54,864 nucleotides of DNA, taken from the NCBI RefSeq assembly GCF_004010195.1, contig NC_057720.1, positions 20,169,217 to 20,224,080 of the forward strand, given 5' to 3'. The translations under genes and the position numbers were made by a program. The DNA comes from Chiloscyllium plagiosum (taxonomy: Eukaryota). This document shows, in pieces, positions 36,680 to 49,605 of this stretch; the stretch's first letter is position 1; each line of letters starts with the position of its first letter. The notes under the pieces are model-generated. The model was not told the DNA's origin, ran no database searches, and worked only from the letters and a program-made list of their open reading frames with translations.

Positions 36680-38870
36680 TGGAGACTCCCTCTAGCACCA
36701 GGCCTCTCCAGACCAAAGTGACTTCCAGGTTGGACACCACTTCCGTTTCCAGGTCAGCACCTGGGCCACCGTGACCACCCACCAGGACTCTCGAGTACTC
36801 ACCCGTCTCTGCTCTAGATGTCTCCCACAACGCTGCCTGGGATTCTGCTGACAACAGCACTTGGACCAGCTCAGACTTCCCTTCAGCTCCTGCCTCTACC
36901 TGTAGCTCCGCCTAATCTGCAAGCAAGTCCCGGGCTTCATTTCCCAACCCGCAGCCAGCCGGCGCACCAACTCTCCCTCCTTCCCCATCCACCCCTANNN
37001 NNNNNNNNNNNNNNNNNNNNNNNNNNNNNNNNNNNNNNNNNCTCTGAGGCTGGACAGTTTGTCCTCAGGAAAGGGCTCACGTTCATACCCCTCCACCCCC
37101 ACCTTGATGAATGCCGCACCCGCCCCAAAGTGGAGCTGTTCTTCCGTCGCCTCCGCCTCCATGCCTCTGTCTTTGACAAAACCTCCCAACCTCCTTCTGA
37201 AGACCCCTTCTCCTGCCTCGAACCTTCCTCCTCCACTTGGTCACTACCTGAAGACCTTGTACCTGCCCTAGAACTCTTCATTGCAGACTGCCGACATGAC
37301 ATTGGCCACCTCAATTTCACCACAGCCCTCACCCACTCCAACCTCACCCCTTTCCAATCATGTAGCACTCCACACTCTCTGCGCCAACCCCCATCAAACC
37401 CGCTGACAAAGGGACCTCTATGTCATTGAGGCCGAATGTCAACTCTCCAACACCATGTCCTACCTATTTCACCACAGCCCTCACCCACTCCAACCTCACC
37501 CCTTTCCAATCATGTAGCACTCCACACTCTCTGCGCCAACCCCCATTTCACCATCAAACCCGCTGACAAAGGGACCTCTATGTCATTGAGGCCGAATGCC
37601 AACTCTCCAACACCATGTCCTACCTTCCCCTTGCCCATGACCCCACCGCGCTCCATCAGGCCCAAATCCAAGACACCATCTGTGCCCTCATTGCCTCTGG
37701 TGACCTCCCCTCCACTGCCTCCAAACTCATAGTCCCGCAGCCCCACACGACCCAGTTCTGCCTGCTCCCCAAGATCCACAAGCCCAACTACCTTGGCCGA
37801 CCCATCATCTCAACTTGCTGCTGCCCCACTGAACTCATCCTACCTTGACTCCATTCTCTCCCCCTTAGTTCAGCCTACATCCACTTACATCCGGGACACC
37901 AACCACGTCCTCCATCTCTTCAGTAACTTCCAGTTCCTTGGCTCCTAGTGCTTTCTCTTCACTATGGGAGTGCAGTCCTTATACACATCCATACCCCGTA
38001 CGGATGGCCTCCAGGCCCTCTGCTTCTTCCTCTCTAACAGACCCATCCAGTCCCCTCCACCAATACCCTCCTCCGCCTTGTCAAACTGGTCCTTACCCTC
38101 AATAACTTTGCCTTCAATTCAAGGGCATGTCCATTGGGCACTCGGGTCGGCCCCAGTATGCCTGCCTCTTTGTCAGCTATCTCGAACAGTCCCTCTTCAG
38201 TACCTACACAGGCACTATGCCCCAACTCTCTGCTGCTACATTGATGACTGCATTGGTACAGCGATCTGCACCCAGGCTGAACTGGAGCAGTTCATCGACT
38301 TCACATACAACTTTCACCCCGCCCTCAAATTCGCCTGATCCATCTTGGACACCTCCTTCCCCTTTCTTGACCTCACCATTTCCATCTCCAGACAGACGTC
38401 TACTACAAACCTACAGACTCCCATAGGTACCTGGATTATACCTCCTCCCACCCAGTATCCTGCAAGAACTCCATCCCATTCTCACAATTTCTCCTTCCCC
38501 ACCGCATCTGCTCAGACGAGGAGACATTCCACTTATGAGCATCCCAGATGTCCACCTATTTTGAACAATGTGCTTTCCCTCCTTTCATCATCCAGGCAGA
38601 ATCCATCATCCATTCCCCTTTCGACCAGTCTAAATCCCACCCCCCCACCCCCACCAATACAATAAAGACAGTCTCACCTACCACCCCACCTGTCTCCACA
38701 TCCTGTGCATCAACCTTAAACACTTTGGCCAACTCGACCTAGACCCCACCAGCAAGAAAATCTTCCCCTCTCTGCCTTCCACAAGGACTGTTCCCTCCGA
38801 CAGTCCTTGGTTCACGCCACCCCTACCACCGAACCCCCAGGTACCTCCCCCCGCAATCAGAAAAGATGTA
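36680..38870 (+). mobile_element. Penelope-like retroelement RT, degraded
   Basis: LRKGLTFIP, IKPADKG, LLPKIHKPNYLGRPIIS, VQSLYTSIP, YIDDCIG and FLDLTIS motifs across frameshifts. Confidence 0.88.
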
Positions 38871-39609
38871 AAGAAACACATGCAATTTTTGCAATATACC
38901 TAAGAAGCCATGCAAACATTTCCAGAGTTTGGACGAATCAAGTGGATTGCGTTTGATTGATGCATTCAATCTCTAAATATCGGGTGTACTTGTGAGGGAG
39001 CAAGAGAATTAGTATTTTTAGAGGAGTTCAAAGATCATCTGTCTTAAAATATACAAATACACCTTGAGGAACAGGAAAAGCACAGAAGGCATGGGTCAAA
39101 TAAACTGTATCAGCAGGGAAAAGAGAAAAGGATGGGTAACAAATAGAAATTCGACCAGGGAAGGAAGATTGGAGGGAATGGGAATCTCCAGTTGTAGGAA
39201 GAGAAAGTGTGGATTGCAGCGTTGCAGAACTATAGCTTGTCTAATTGTGGTAAAACAGGCATATTTCCCACTATTCTTGGCATGTGAGGAAATTCATACC
39301 TGAATTGTATCTGTAGCCTCTAAAGTTGTAGTGCACAAAGGAAGGCACAGAAACTTACCAGGATTTTGTGTGAAGGGAAAATAGCCCCTCCTGGTTCTAT
39401 AAGAATGGGAGAGGAAGTTACCATACTCTGGGTCACCTTCTGATGAAGGGTTACTGGATACTGCTTTCTTCCCACGATGCTACCAGACTTACTGAGTTTC
39501 TCCAACAATTTTAGTTGCTGGATCCCTAGTTGTTTACAAAAACAGCTGGTGGTGAAACTTGAGGATTTCTTTTTCAGCAGAAGGAGAAATTTGATAGTAA
39601 TAGTCGAAG

Positions 39610-39777
39610 CTGAAAATGTGTTGCTGGAAAAGCGCAGCAGGTCAGGCAACATCCTGAAGAAGGGCTCATGGCCGAAACGTCGATTCTCCTGCTCCTTGGA
39701 TGCTGCCTGACCTGCTGCGCTTTTCCAGCAACACATTTTCAGCTCTGATCTCCAGCATCTGCAGTCCTCACTTTCTC
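39610..39777 (+). mobile_element. Short fold-back Penelope-derived insertion with hammerhead
   Basis: 15-bp TSD TAGTAATAGTCGAAG (39595-39609, 39778-39792); inverted arms; hammerhead core at 39654-39681. Confidence 0.85.
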
Positions 39778-40019
39778 TAGTAATAGTCGAAGGACTGACT
39801 GGAGAAGGTGTTGAGGTGATGTTGAGTTTACTGGGTGGTGACCTTTGCTGGGAAATAACTCCACAGGATTTGGTTAGCCATGTTATGCCCAGCCCTCCAC
39901 ACAAAAACAAAATCTCAAGAGAACATGGGGAGGCTGAACAGATGCAACCAGAAACTGTAACATTGCAGTTTGCTAAAAGGGTTTTCATGGTTCAAACAGC
40001 AAAATCCACAAGATCTCCA

Positions 40020-40645
40020 ATATTTCATCCTCACTGGGAGTGGTCATCCACAATAAGCTTTCTTGGATTCTTCATGTGGATGCACTGGTTACAAAGGCCC
40101 AACAAGGTCTCTTCTTCCTCAGGCAGCTGAGGAAATTTGGCATAACAGCGAATGCCTTTGCTGACTTTTATAGGTGTGCCATCGAGAGTATTCTGTCTGG
40201 ATGTATCACTACCCTGGTATGGCAACTGTACCATTCAAGATCGGAGACGGTTACAGAGAGTGGTGAACACAGCCTGGACAATCACAAAGGCCAACCTCCC
40301 ATCTGTAGAATCCATCTACCAGGCCCGCTGTCAAGGAAAAGCCACAAAGGCCACCAGCATTCTCAAAGATCCATCCCACCCTGGCAATGTTTTTCTACAA
40401 CCTCTACCATTGGGGAGAAAGTACAGAAGCCTGAACACACGCACTAGCTGGTTTTGAAACAGTTTCTACCTACTGTTGTTAGAATACTGAATGGACTCAC
40501 AAACCCTGTACCTGTGTTTTGGTTTTTGCTGCTATTTACCTATTATTTACTTATCTATGCTACTTAACTCTGGGATCTGCCTGTATAGCTCGCAAGACAA
40601 AGCTTTGCACTGTGCCTCAGTAGGTGTGAAAATAAATTCAATTCA
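40020..40645 (+). mobile_element. Rex1/Babar-like LINE 3' end
   Basis: KAQQGLFFLRQLRKFG...FYRCAIESILSGCIT and WYGNCTIQDRRRLQRVV peptides. Confidence 0.85.
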
Positions 40646-40764
40646 CTTCATTTAAACAGGGACCAGGATAATTCCCAAGTAGGTTCAGAGACAGTGAGGA
40701 AAATGCCACAATTAGTTGACACTGGAGGACCTCCCTTGATAGATAAGGAATCAGAAAATACCTA

Positions 40765-41100
40765 TAATGTGGAAGCAGGCCATTCAGCCCATGAGTCCAC
40801 ACTGATCCCCCCACAAACAGCATCCCACACAAACTCACCCCACTACCCTGTTTCTCTAACCCTGCATTTCCCATGGCTAATCCATTTAACCTGCATATCC
40901 TTGGATACTATGGACAATTTAGCATGGCCAATCCACCTAACCTGCACATCTTTGGACTGCGGGAGGAAACCAGAGCACCCAGAGCAAACCCACGCCGACA
41001 TGTGGAGTATGTGCAAACTCCACACAGACAGTCCCCCAAGTGTGGAATCAAACTCGGGTCCCTGGCACTATGAGACAGCAGTGCTAACCACCGAGCCACC
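40765..41100 (-). mobile_element. HE1-type V-SINE
   Basis: Reverse complement of the head, V-domain (partly duplicated) and tail. Confidence 0.85.
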
Positions 41101-41273
41101 AAATCACCCAGGAGACTGGAGCCAAGCCCAGTGAGTGAAAACAGACAAAAAGGTGGTTACACATGCTCAAACTCCAAATTCAGTAAAAGCAACCAAAGCA
41201 ACTAGACTCAGTTCAGAAGGCTAATTACTGAAGTTGACAGTTACAAATGGTTAGAGCCCAAGTCTTACAAGAA

Positions 41274-41357
41274 GAAGGGCTTATGCCCAAAACGTCGATT
41301 CTCCTGTTCCTTGGATGCTGCCTGACCTGCTGCGTTTTTCCAGCAACACATTTTCAG
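41274..41357 (+). mobile_element. 84-bp Penelope-derived insertion
   Basis: 10-bp TSD CTTACAAGAA (41264-41273, 41358-41367); truncated hammerhead. Confidence 0.8.
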
Positions 41358-43109
41358 CTTACAAGAATGTCAAACAATTTTACTTTGCATAAAAAGCAAC
41401 TTTACAACACTACTGTAGTAGCTGTAAGTGATTTTGACCAGAGATGGGATGAGTTACTGGCCCAGAAAAAAGACCTTAGCTGACTTATTCTCTCAAAAGT
41501 AGAAATTAAAATAATTTAAAAGTGAACAAGAAACTTCCCAATAAAGCAAAACAGCAATTGTCTTAGTTGTGGAGCTGCCTGGCTGATTGTTTTGAATAGC
41601 TCAACAATAAGGAAGCTACAGACAATGTAAGTGAAGCTCTATAGTTAAAATCAATGCCTGTAGTTGTATAGTAAAGGCTGGGTAAATGAGAAGGTGAATA
41701 ATCACCTGGATAAGACCTGACTGCAAACTGTAAGGAGGAGATAGATTGCATCAGCCATCAGTGTATATTGCAAACATTGCGTGTTCCTTATTTTTTGTTC
41801 CCAAAAATCTAATTTTGAACAAACAAAGAAATCCATAAATATATATCTTTATTTGTAAGGAGGTGGGAATGATCTATGATTTCAGATCCTGATAGATGGT
41901 AAGAGATGGAGAGATTTGCAAGTATTGAAATCATATTTTTTATTTTTATTTGGCTTCAATAGCTACCTGCAACAGATTAAAAATATACAATAATCTTTTG
42001 CTTGAGTATTTGCACTGGAAAAGCAATTGTGTATGCATTTGTTCTGTAAATATTAACAAATTGCCTGTTCTCCAAATGAAATTATCCATTCAAAACTATT
42101 CTGTTTTATTTAACTTCTCCGTGAAATTTGTATTAGTCCACAGTGCATATTTATCTGTTCCCACCTTTGAACAAATTGTGAGATTTTCAGTTTAACTTTG
42201 TCTGGGAATGTAAAGGTTAACAGCCTGGACTAACCATGCCCCTCTAAAAACATTTAAAAAGATAAATTCTGTGTGCAGTGATTATTCTGTTAACACTCCT
42301 TGAGACTGAGGCATTCTGCTTTATTTCCTGCCTCGTAACTGTTATTTAATAGGCAGCAGAGTCCAAAGTGCGTCAGTCAGAACCCCACTGTTACAACACC
42401 ATGCATCAGCTGGCCTTACATCACCATTACTTGTACCAGCCGGATACAAGTATAGTTTATGTGGAGCATGTCAGCACTTAGAAAACAGCAGTTCCACTCA
42501 CATATTTTCCGATACTGAATCCCTGAAACTTGCATTTCTAGGATTACATGGAGGTTGCTAATTATTCTCCCTGTTTGCTGATTATCTATTGTTTGTGCAC
42601 AGACTGTCAGCCTGCATTATCACTCATTTATTTATCAACTGTGAGCGTGTTTCACATTCTTTTAACCCCATTCCCTCATCAAGCTGTCATTTTCTGTTTA
42701 TTCTTCAGTTGAGTCTGCCAGAAGTGAGGGCTTTTGAGTGCTGCTCACTTACCACATGTAATCTCACCAGAAGACTTCGCATTAATGGAAACTAGGGATT
42801 GTGACTCACAAACCCGACATTGGCAGCCAGCAGCTTCAGGTTGCTGAATGACTGGGGACAGAAATTAGTAACATAGAGAAGTGTTAGTACGTCATTGTGC
42901 TAAATGACAGGTTGGATCATTTTCTTGCATGTTACAGTTTTGTACATGTGGACCGACCAAATAGTAGCTGTTGCATCCTGCACTGACATCCACTGGTGGT
43001 GCCAGCATATGACGAATAATTGCAAGTGATCCATTAAAGGAATTTATATAGCACCCCTCACAATCTCAAGAGCACTTTCCAGGCACTTTTGAAATGTGGG
43101 CAGAGTAAT

Positions 43110-43395
43110 GTGGGAAATGGCCACCACTATCTAGGAGGACAAGGGTTACAGATACAAAGGGAACACTGACAGCTACAAGTTCCCCTCCAAGCCATTCACC
43201 ATCCTGATTTGAAAATACGTTGCTCAGTGTCGCTGGGCCAAAATCGTGGATTTCCCTCCCCAGTGGGATTGTGAGTCAGCCTACAGCAAATGGTCTGCAG
43301 CAGTTCAAGAAGGCAGCTCACCACCATCCTCTCATGGGCAATAAATGGTGACCCAGCCAGCAAAGTCTCATATCCCACGAGTGAACTAAAAAAAA
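43110..43395 (+). mobile_element. L2-type LINE 3' tail
   Basis: cagcagttcaagaaggcagctcaccacc...gggcaataaat tail. Confidence 0.7.
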
Positions 43396-45221
43396 TCTGC
43401 CGAATCAGTTATCGATTATAGGAGCAAATTGCTGTAGATGCTGGAATCTGTACTCAAAATGAAAAATGCTGGCAATCCCAATGGCTCAGGCAGCATCCAT
43501 GAAAAGTCATCTAGACTTGAAACGTTAGTTTGCTCTCTCTCCATGGGTGCTGGCTGACCGATTGTATGTCCAGTATTTTTGCTATCAATTATAGACTGCG
43601 TTGTACTTACAATTCCTTGAAGTGCCACAAGATGACAGTAGATGGCAGAATTAGACCAACATTGCAATGTTGCAATTGCTGTGACAGAACCAAAAGCCAG
43701 GACTTTACCTTTCTTCTTCTACATTTGAGGATAGGCATCACTATAACCTAGATACTGCTCCCCCTGCACTCCCCCCACACCACCCCCCCACACTCCCCCC
43801 ACTCCACCAGTGGGAAGCCCCACTGGAACAAATGCCACTTGTAGCTGGGGAACATCGGAGGAAAGAGCCCTGGGGGAGCAATTTCCAGGAGCCTCCCTCC
43901 TGCCGCACCCCTATCCATATTCCCAATTACCCCTAGAGGAGAGTAAACAGAATCCCCACCTCCAATCCAGAAGGCAGGCCCTCAGTCACAGCAATGGGGA
44001 TGGCTCATATTTTCCATGCCTGCCAGGAGTGAAGTTAATCGGGTCAGCGGTGAGCCAAGCCCCCTTAAGGGGTTATTAATTGACCACTGAAGAGCATTAA
44101 TTGGTGACAGTTCAGAAAGATTGACCCAGGTCTTCAGAACTCAATAATCCCTGAGCTGTTGGGAAGGATGACAGTGGCAGTGGCCCTACCTCTGAGCCAG
44201 GAAGCTCTAGTTCAAGTCCTACCTGTTACAGAGATGAGAAAGTTTCTATCTCCCTGGTGTCAACTGATCTGATTACACATCTTTCCCCAGTATTTCCATG
44301 GGGGAGGAGGGGGGGAAACTCCTTGGCCATTGATGTTTCAAGTTTGTCACCTTCCATTAGATCTGTTCCAGTGTTTTCGTTTTTATTTCGGATTTCCAGC
44401 ATTCGCAGTTTTCTGATTTCTGACCTGTAAGATTGCAGTTTGCTGCAAAATTCAGCTTCCAAAATCAGAGGTGAATCTTGTTGAGGTGCACATTCAATGT
44501 TTGGCACTATCTGCGTGAAATGCACACAGCAAATATGTGACCTCAAAGTTATTACAATCATAGCAATGCACAGCATGGAAACATACCGTTTGGTCCAACT
44601 CGTCTGTATAAAAATAAAACTTTTAATAATAAATTTCACACCTCTTGCTGTCAAAACATCACAACAGAGTGGGTATGGAGTTTGGCTTTTGTACTTGCCA
44701 GCTGCCCTCCAGTTGAGAGGGGTAAGAGGTTCCTTTGATTCAGTAACTTAATGTCGCAAGTAATTTATTGGCAATATCATTGACCCTGTGCAGTACGGGT
44801 GTTACAGAAAGAGCCAAAGAGGCCAGGGACGTTCCTCCTTGTATTGGACAATAAATCTCCTGACCTACTTCTTATTTATTAGCTTCTTCCAGTGTTTGGA
44901 GAAGGGCCTGTAATTTTACACAGCTCTTCCCCCAGTGACAAGATGAAACTTGGCAGAGTGCATAGACTCTTTGCAATATACAATGTGCTCATTGTTCCTG
45001 AACTTCCACCCCTTGACGATAACCCATGACTAAAGGTTCTCATTCATAAAGCTTTACAATTGTTGGTCACAGGCGCCTATTGGGAGGGAAACTGCACATG
45101 GATTTTCATATAACCCTGAAGTAAAGCAGACTGGTTCATTGATTTACAGAAAGCTCGGCACATAGAGAAGGAGACGATTTGGCCCTTCACTCCTGTGTTG
45201 GCACGAGCTCGTCAACTGAAG

Positions 45222-45458
45222 TCTAAAGATGTGCAGGTTAGGTGAATTAGCCATGCTAAACTTTCTCCTTAGTCTCCAGGCATGTGCAGGCTAGGTGGGT
45301 TAGTGCTGGTAAAAACCCCCATGTGGGGTTACGGAGTGGGGGGGGCGGGGGGGGCGGGGTGACGTTATGGGTCTGGAAGGGGTGCTCTTCAGAGAGTTGG
45401 TGATGACTCATTGGGCTGAAAGACCTCTTTCTGCACTGTAGAGATTCTATAATCTATG
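45222..45458 (+). mobile_element. 5'-truncated HE1-type SINE
   Basis: aaagatgtgcaggttaggtgaatt... followed by the tail ending ttctat. Confidence 0.75.
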
Positions 45459-45871
45459 AATGGAATAAGGTCGCTTATATTCGGGATATCCCTGAATTTT
45501 CAGGGTGTCAAAGACAAAATTACAGTACATGCTGTGAGCAAATACAGGAATAAGGCCGAAAGAAAAACTGCCTTTTTTTTAACGTTATTTGTACACTTTA
45601 TTAATTAGAGCAATCTCAGGGAATAAAGGCCAGTGATTGATAGGGAACAATCATCTAATCAAATCAGAATTAGAATTAGATTTTATTATCACATGTACTT
45701 AATTAAAGGAATAACAGGAGTATAATGAAGAGTGTAAAGTCACCACTTTCCAGCGCTATCTTGGTTACAAAAGTGGAATTAAAAGAAAACTGGGAGAAAT
45801 AAAATGAACAGAGCCGAAAGGAAAGTGAAACGTCCAGATCTTCTTAAAAGTCGCTTCTCCAAAAAAGGTGT

Positions 45872-46083
45872 CAAAATATGTGGTGCTGGAAAAGCACAGC
45901 CAGTCAGGCAGCATCCGAGGAGCAGGAGAATCAACATTTTGAGCATAAGGACTGTGGCCTGAAGAAGAGCTTATTCTCGAAACGTCGATTTTCCTGCTCC
46001 TCAGATGCTGCCTGACCGGCTGTGCTTTTCCAGCACCACTCCTTTTGACTCTGATCTCCAGCATCTTCAGTCCTCACTTTCTC
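45872..46083 (+). mobile_element. Short fold-back Penelope-derived insertion with hammerhead
   Basis: About 17-bp TSD CTTCTCCAAAAA(A)GGTGT; inverted arms; hammerhead core at 45959-45986. Confidence 0.8.
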
Positions 46084-46119
46084 CTTCTCCAAAAAGGTGT
46101 ATGGAACGCTCAGGCAAAA

Positions 46120-47310
46120 AGTGAGGACTGTAGATGCTGGAAATCAGAGTCTAGATTAGAATGGTGCTGGAAAAGCACAGCAGGTCTGGCAGAATCCAAG
46201 GAACAGGAAAATCGATGTTTCGGGCAAAAGCCCTTCATCAGCACTGAAGGCAGGGACCCTCCAGGATGGAGAGATAAATGGGAGGGGGGTGGGCTGGGGA
46301 GAAGGTAGCAAAGAGTACAATAGTGATAGGTTATAGGTTNNNNNNNNNNNNNNNNNNNNNNNNNNNNNNNNNNNNNNNNNNNNNNNNNNNNNNNNNNNNN
46401 NNNNNNNNNNNNNNNNNNNNNNNNNNNNNNNNNNNNNNNNNNNNNNNNNNNNNNNNNNNNNNNNNNNNNNNNNNNNNNNNNNNNNNNNNNNNNNNNNNNN
46501 NNNNNNNNNNNNNNNNNNNNNNNNNNNNNNNNNNNNNNNNNNNNNNNNNNNNNNNNNNNNNNNNNNNNNNNNNNNNNNNNNNNNNNNNNNNNNNNNNNNN
46601 NNNNNNNNNNNNNNNNNNNNNNNNNNNNNNNNNNNNNNNNNNNNNNNNNNNNNNNNNNNNNNNNNNNNNNNNNNNNNNNNNNNNNNNNNNNNNNNNNNNN
46701 NNNNNNNNAGGGGGGCATGGACCTGACCAGGTAGTCACGGAGGGAAAGGTCTTTGCGGAAGGCGGAAAGGGTTGGGGAAGGAAATATATCCCTGGTGGTG
46801 GGGTCTTTTTAGAGGTGGCGGAAATGTCGGCGGATGATGTGGTTAATGCGAACGTTGGTAGGGTGGAAGGTGAGGACCAGGGGGTTCTGTCCTTGTTGCG
46901 GTTGGAGGGGAGGGGTTCGAGGGCGGAGGTGCAGGATGTGGATGAGATGCCTTGGAGGGCATCTTTAACCACGTGGGAAGGGAAATTGCGGTCTCTAAAG
47001 AAGGAGGCCATCTGGTGTGTTCTGTGGTGGAACTGGTCCACCTGGGAGCAGATACAGTGGAGGCAGAGGAATTGGGAATACAGGATGGCATTTTTGCAGG
47101 ACGTGGGATGGGAACAGGTGTAAGCCAGGTAGCTGTGGGAGTCGGAGAGTTTGTGAAAAATGTCAGTTAAGTCATCATTGATGGAGATGGAGATGTCCAG
47201 GAAGGGGAGGGAGGTGTCAGAGATGGTCCAGGTGAACTTAAGGTCGGGGTGGAATGTGTTGGTGAAGTTGATGAACTGCTCAACCTCCTCGCGGGAGCAC
47301 GAGGTGGCGC
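46120..47310 (-). mobile_element. Penelope-like element (RT C-terminus, gap, terminal repeat with hammerhead at 46214-46241)
   Basis: EQFINFTNTFHPDLKFTWTISDTSLPFLDISIS and CKNAILYSQFLCLHCICS peptides. Confidence 0.85.
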
Positions 47311-49605
47311 CGATGCCGATGGAATGCTCAGCCAGCCTGCGACTCTTGTAATGACCACTAGGAGGAGCCACGTTCTTGCTGCTGTTGTCGCTGCTAAATT
47401 CAGGGCCCGAAGGAGCTCTGTCGCTGCTTCTGCCACCTGCAATCACTGGGAAAAGCTTTGCCGCCGTTGCTACTGCCCCCGGTGGCCAGGAGGAATCACG
47501 TCCTTGCTGTTGTTGTCGCCATCAACTCAGGGCCAGGAGGAGCTCTGCTGCCACAACTGCCACGAACTCCGACCACCGGGAGGAGCCACGTCTTTGCTGC
47601 TGCTGCTGCCGCCTCATTCCACCGGGAGGCTGCCGCCAGTCCAGGCATGTCCCCCTCCCGCTGCCGTGCCCATGCCGATGACCCCTTGTGATGCAAAAGA
47701 TTCCGAAGAGTCTGCTCAATTTCCCCATTCATCCAAGTGAAGATGGGGGAGAGGGGGTTGGTGAGAGGGTCACGGGGTGAGGTGGGATGGAGTGAGAGCA
47801 TGTGAATGGCGGGATTGTAGAGAAAGGAGGATAGATGGGATGGGGAGGTAGGGGCTAGGGAGTTGGTGGAGGAGAAGGAGGGGGTAATGGAGGAAATAGG
47901 ACCTATATCAATGGTGGGCAAATGTGTTACTTTTTCAGGAAACTTTTGCAGGGTACAGGGAGACAGTGAATTAATAGTCAGGTTTAGGGAATACAGATTA
48001 GTAAAAAGATGCTGTGTCTGAATATATATTAAGAGTGTCTGCCCCCTCTGTAGCTTTCAGGAAATAAAGACATTTCCATAATCTGCTCCTCACCTCACCG
48101 AAGCTCAGGATTTGTCTTTATTCATTCATGGGATGAGGGTGTCACAGGTCAGGCCAGCGTTTATTACCCAGAGTACAGTTGCAAATTGATGTGGGTCTGG
48201 GGTCACATGTAGCCCAGACTGGGTAGGAAGGCAGTTTTCCATTCCTAAAGGATGTTAGTGAACTAAACAATTTTTTATAATATTTGCCAAAGGCTACAGT
48301 CACCGTTAGGCTAGTGTGTTTTTTTTATTTCTGGATTATTTTAATTAATCAGGGGGGGGGGGGGGTTGGATTTGAACCTACATTAACCTGGGCCTTATGG
48401 ATGACTGGTCTAGTGGCATATTCATTAGTTCACCACTCTCCCCAGTTCTTTCATGGTGTTCTGACTGTAGCACACAGCTGGGGCAACAAACCCCACAGGA
48501 ACCACAATTGTTACCACTGTGCGGGCATAGATGGACAGGGGTTTCAGTGTAAGTACTCAAACCCGTCCTCCCAGGCAGCTTGCTGTCCAGGAGACTAAGT
48601 AACCAGCTGTGGAACCCATCAGACCATGGCAACTTTATATTAAGGTAATTCTTCTAAAAAGTATAATGTTGGAGACTGCATTAAGTACCCACACAATCTA
48701 ATGATGTCTTGGGTGAGGGATATGGCAGAACACCTCAATGATGCCATGGAGTGTAGATTTATATTCACAGGTCTCCTCATTGTCTACCAACAATGCCCAA
48801 CAAGCTAACATAACTTGTAATAAAAACAGAAAATAGTGGAGAAACTCATCATGTCTGGCAGCATCCGCGGAGAGGGTAACAGTTAAAGTTTTGCATCCAA
48901 TAAGACTATTCTACATTCTCTAACACAACTTGTAACAATAAGCATTTTGTTCGAACAAGAGTGTTTTCATGTTAGGAGTCACTGCTTTTACCACAGTAAA
49001 CCACGTGGGACTTTAGACCAAGTCAAAGGAAAGAGGATTGGTGCAGGGTCCTCTAAGCCAACCTCGGTCCACCACACAGGCATGAGTCTGAAATCTTCAC
49101 ACTGTAGAGTCCTTCCTTCACGAGGCACCACTTGTGCTGACAGTAACACACTGTACAGGGTGCAGGCTCAGTGAATGTGCACAGAGAGGTCCTACTCTTC
49201 TGTATTGGCTTCTTGATTTTAGTTCTTAGAGAAAAATTACAGCTAAAGTTTAAATACTTAAAATGTTACTTGTTGATTCATAAACTCACAAAGGTGACAG
49301 ATGAGTTCACAATGAGTTAATAGGCCAGTTAAACTAGTACAGTGCGTTTGTATAATGTTCTGTGATGCACGACGTAACTCAACAAAACCCCTTCCAAACC
49401 TGCAAGCCCTGCCACCTAGAAGGACAAGAGCAGCAGAAACATGGGAACAATACAAGTCCCTCTCCAAGACACATCATCCTGACTTGGAAATATATCGCCG
49501 TTTCTTCACTGTTGTTGGGTCAAAATGCGGAAATCCTTTTTACTGAGCACTGCGAGTGTACCCACACCACACAGACAGCGATAGTTCAGGAAGGCAGATC
49601 ACTAT

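Noticed and set aside
36680..38870. Active autonomous retroelement or domesticated RT gene
   Set aside because: Multiple stops, frameshifts and deletions; the GIY-YIG end is missing.
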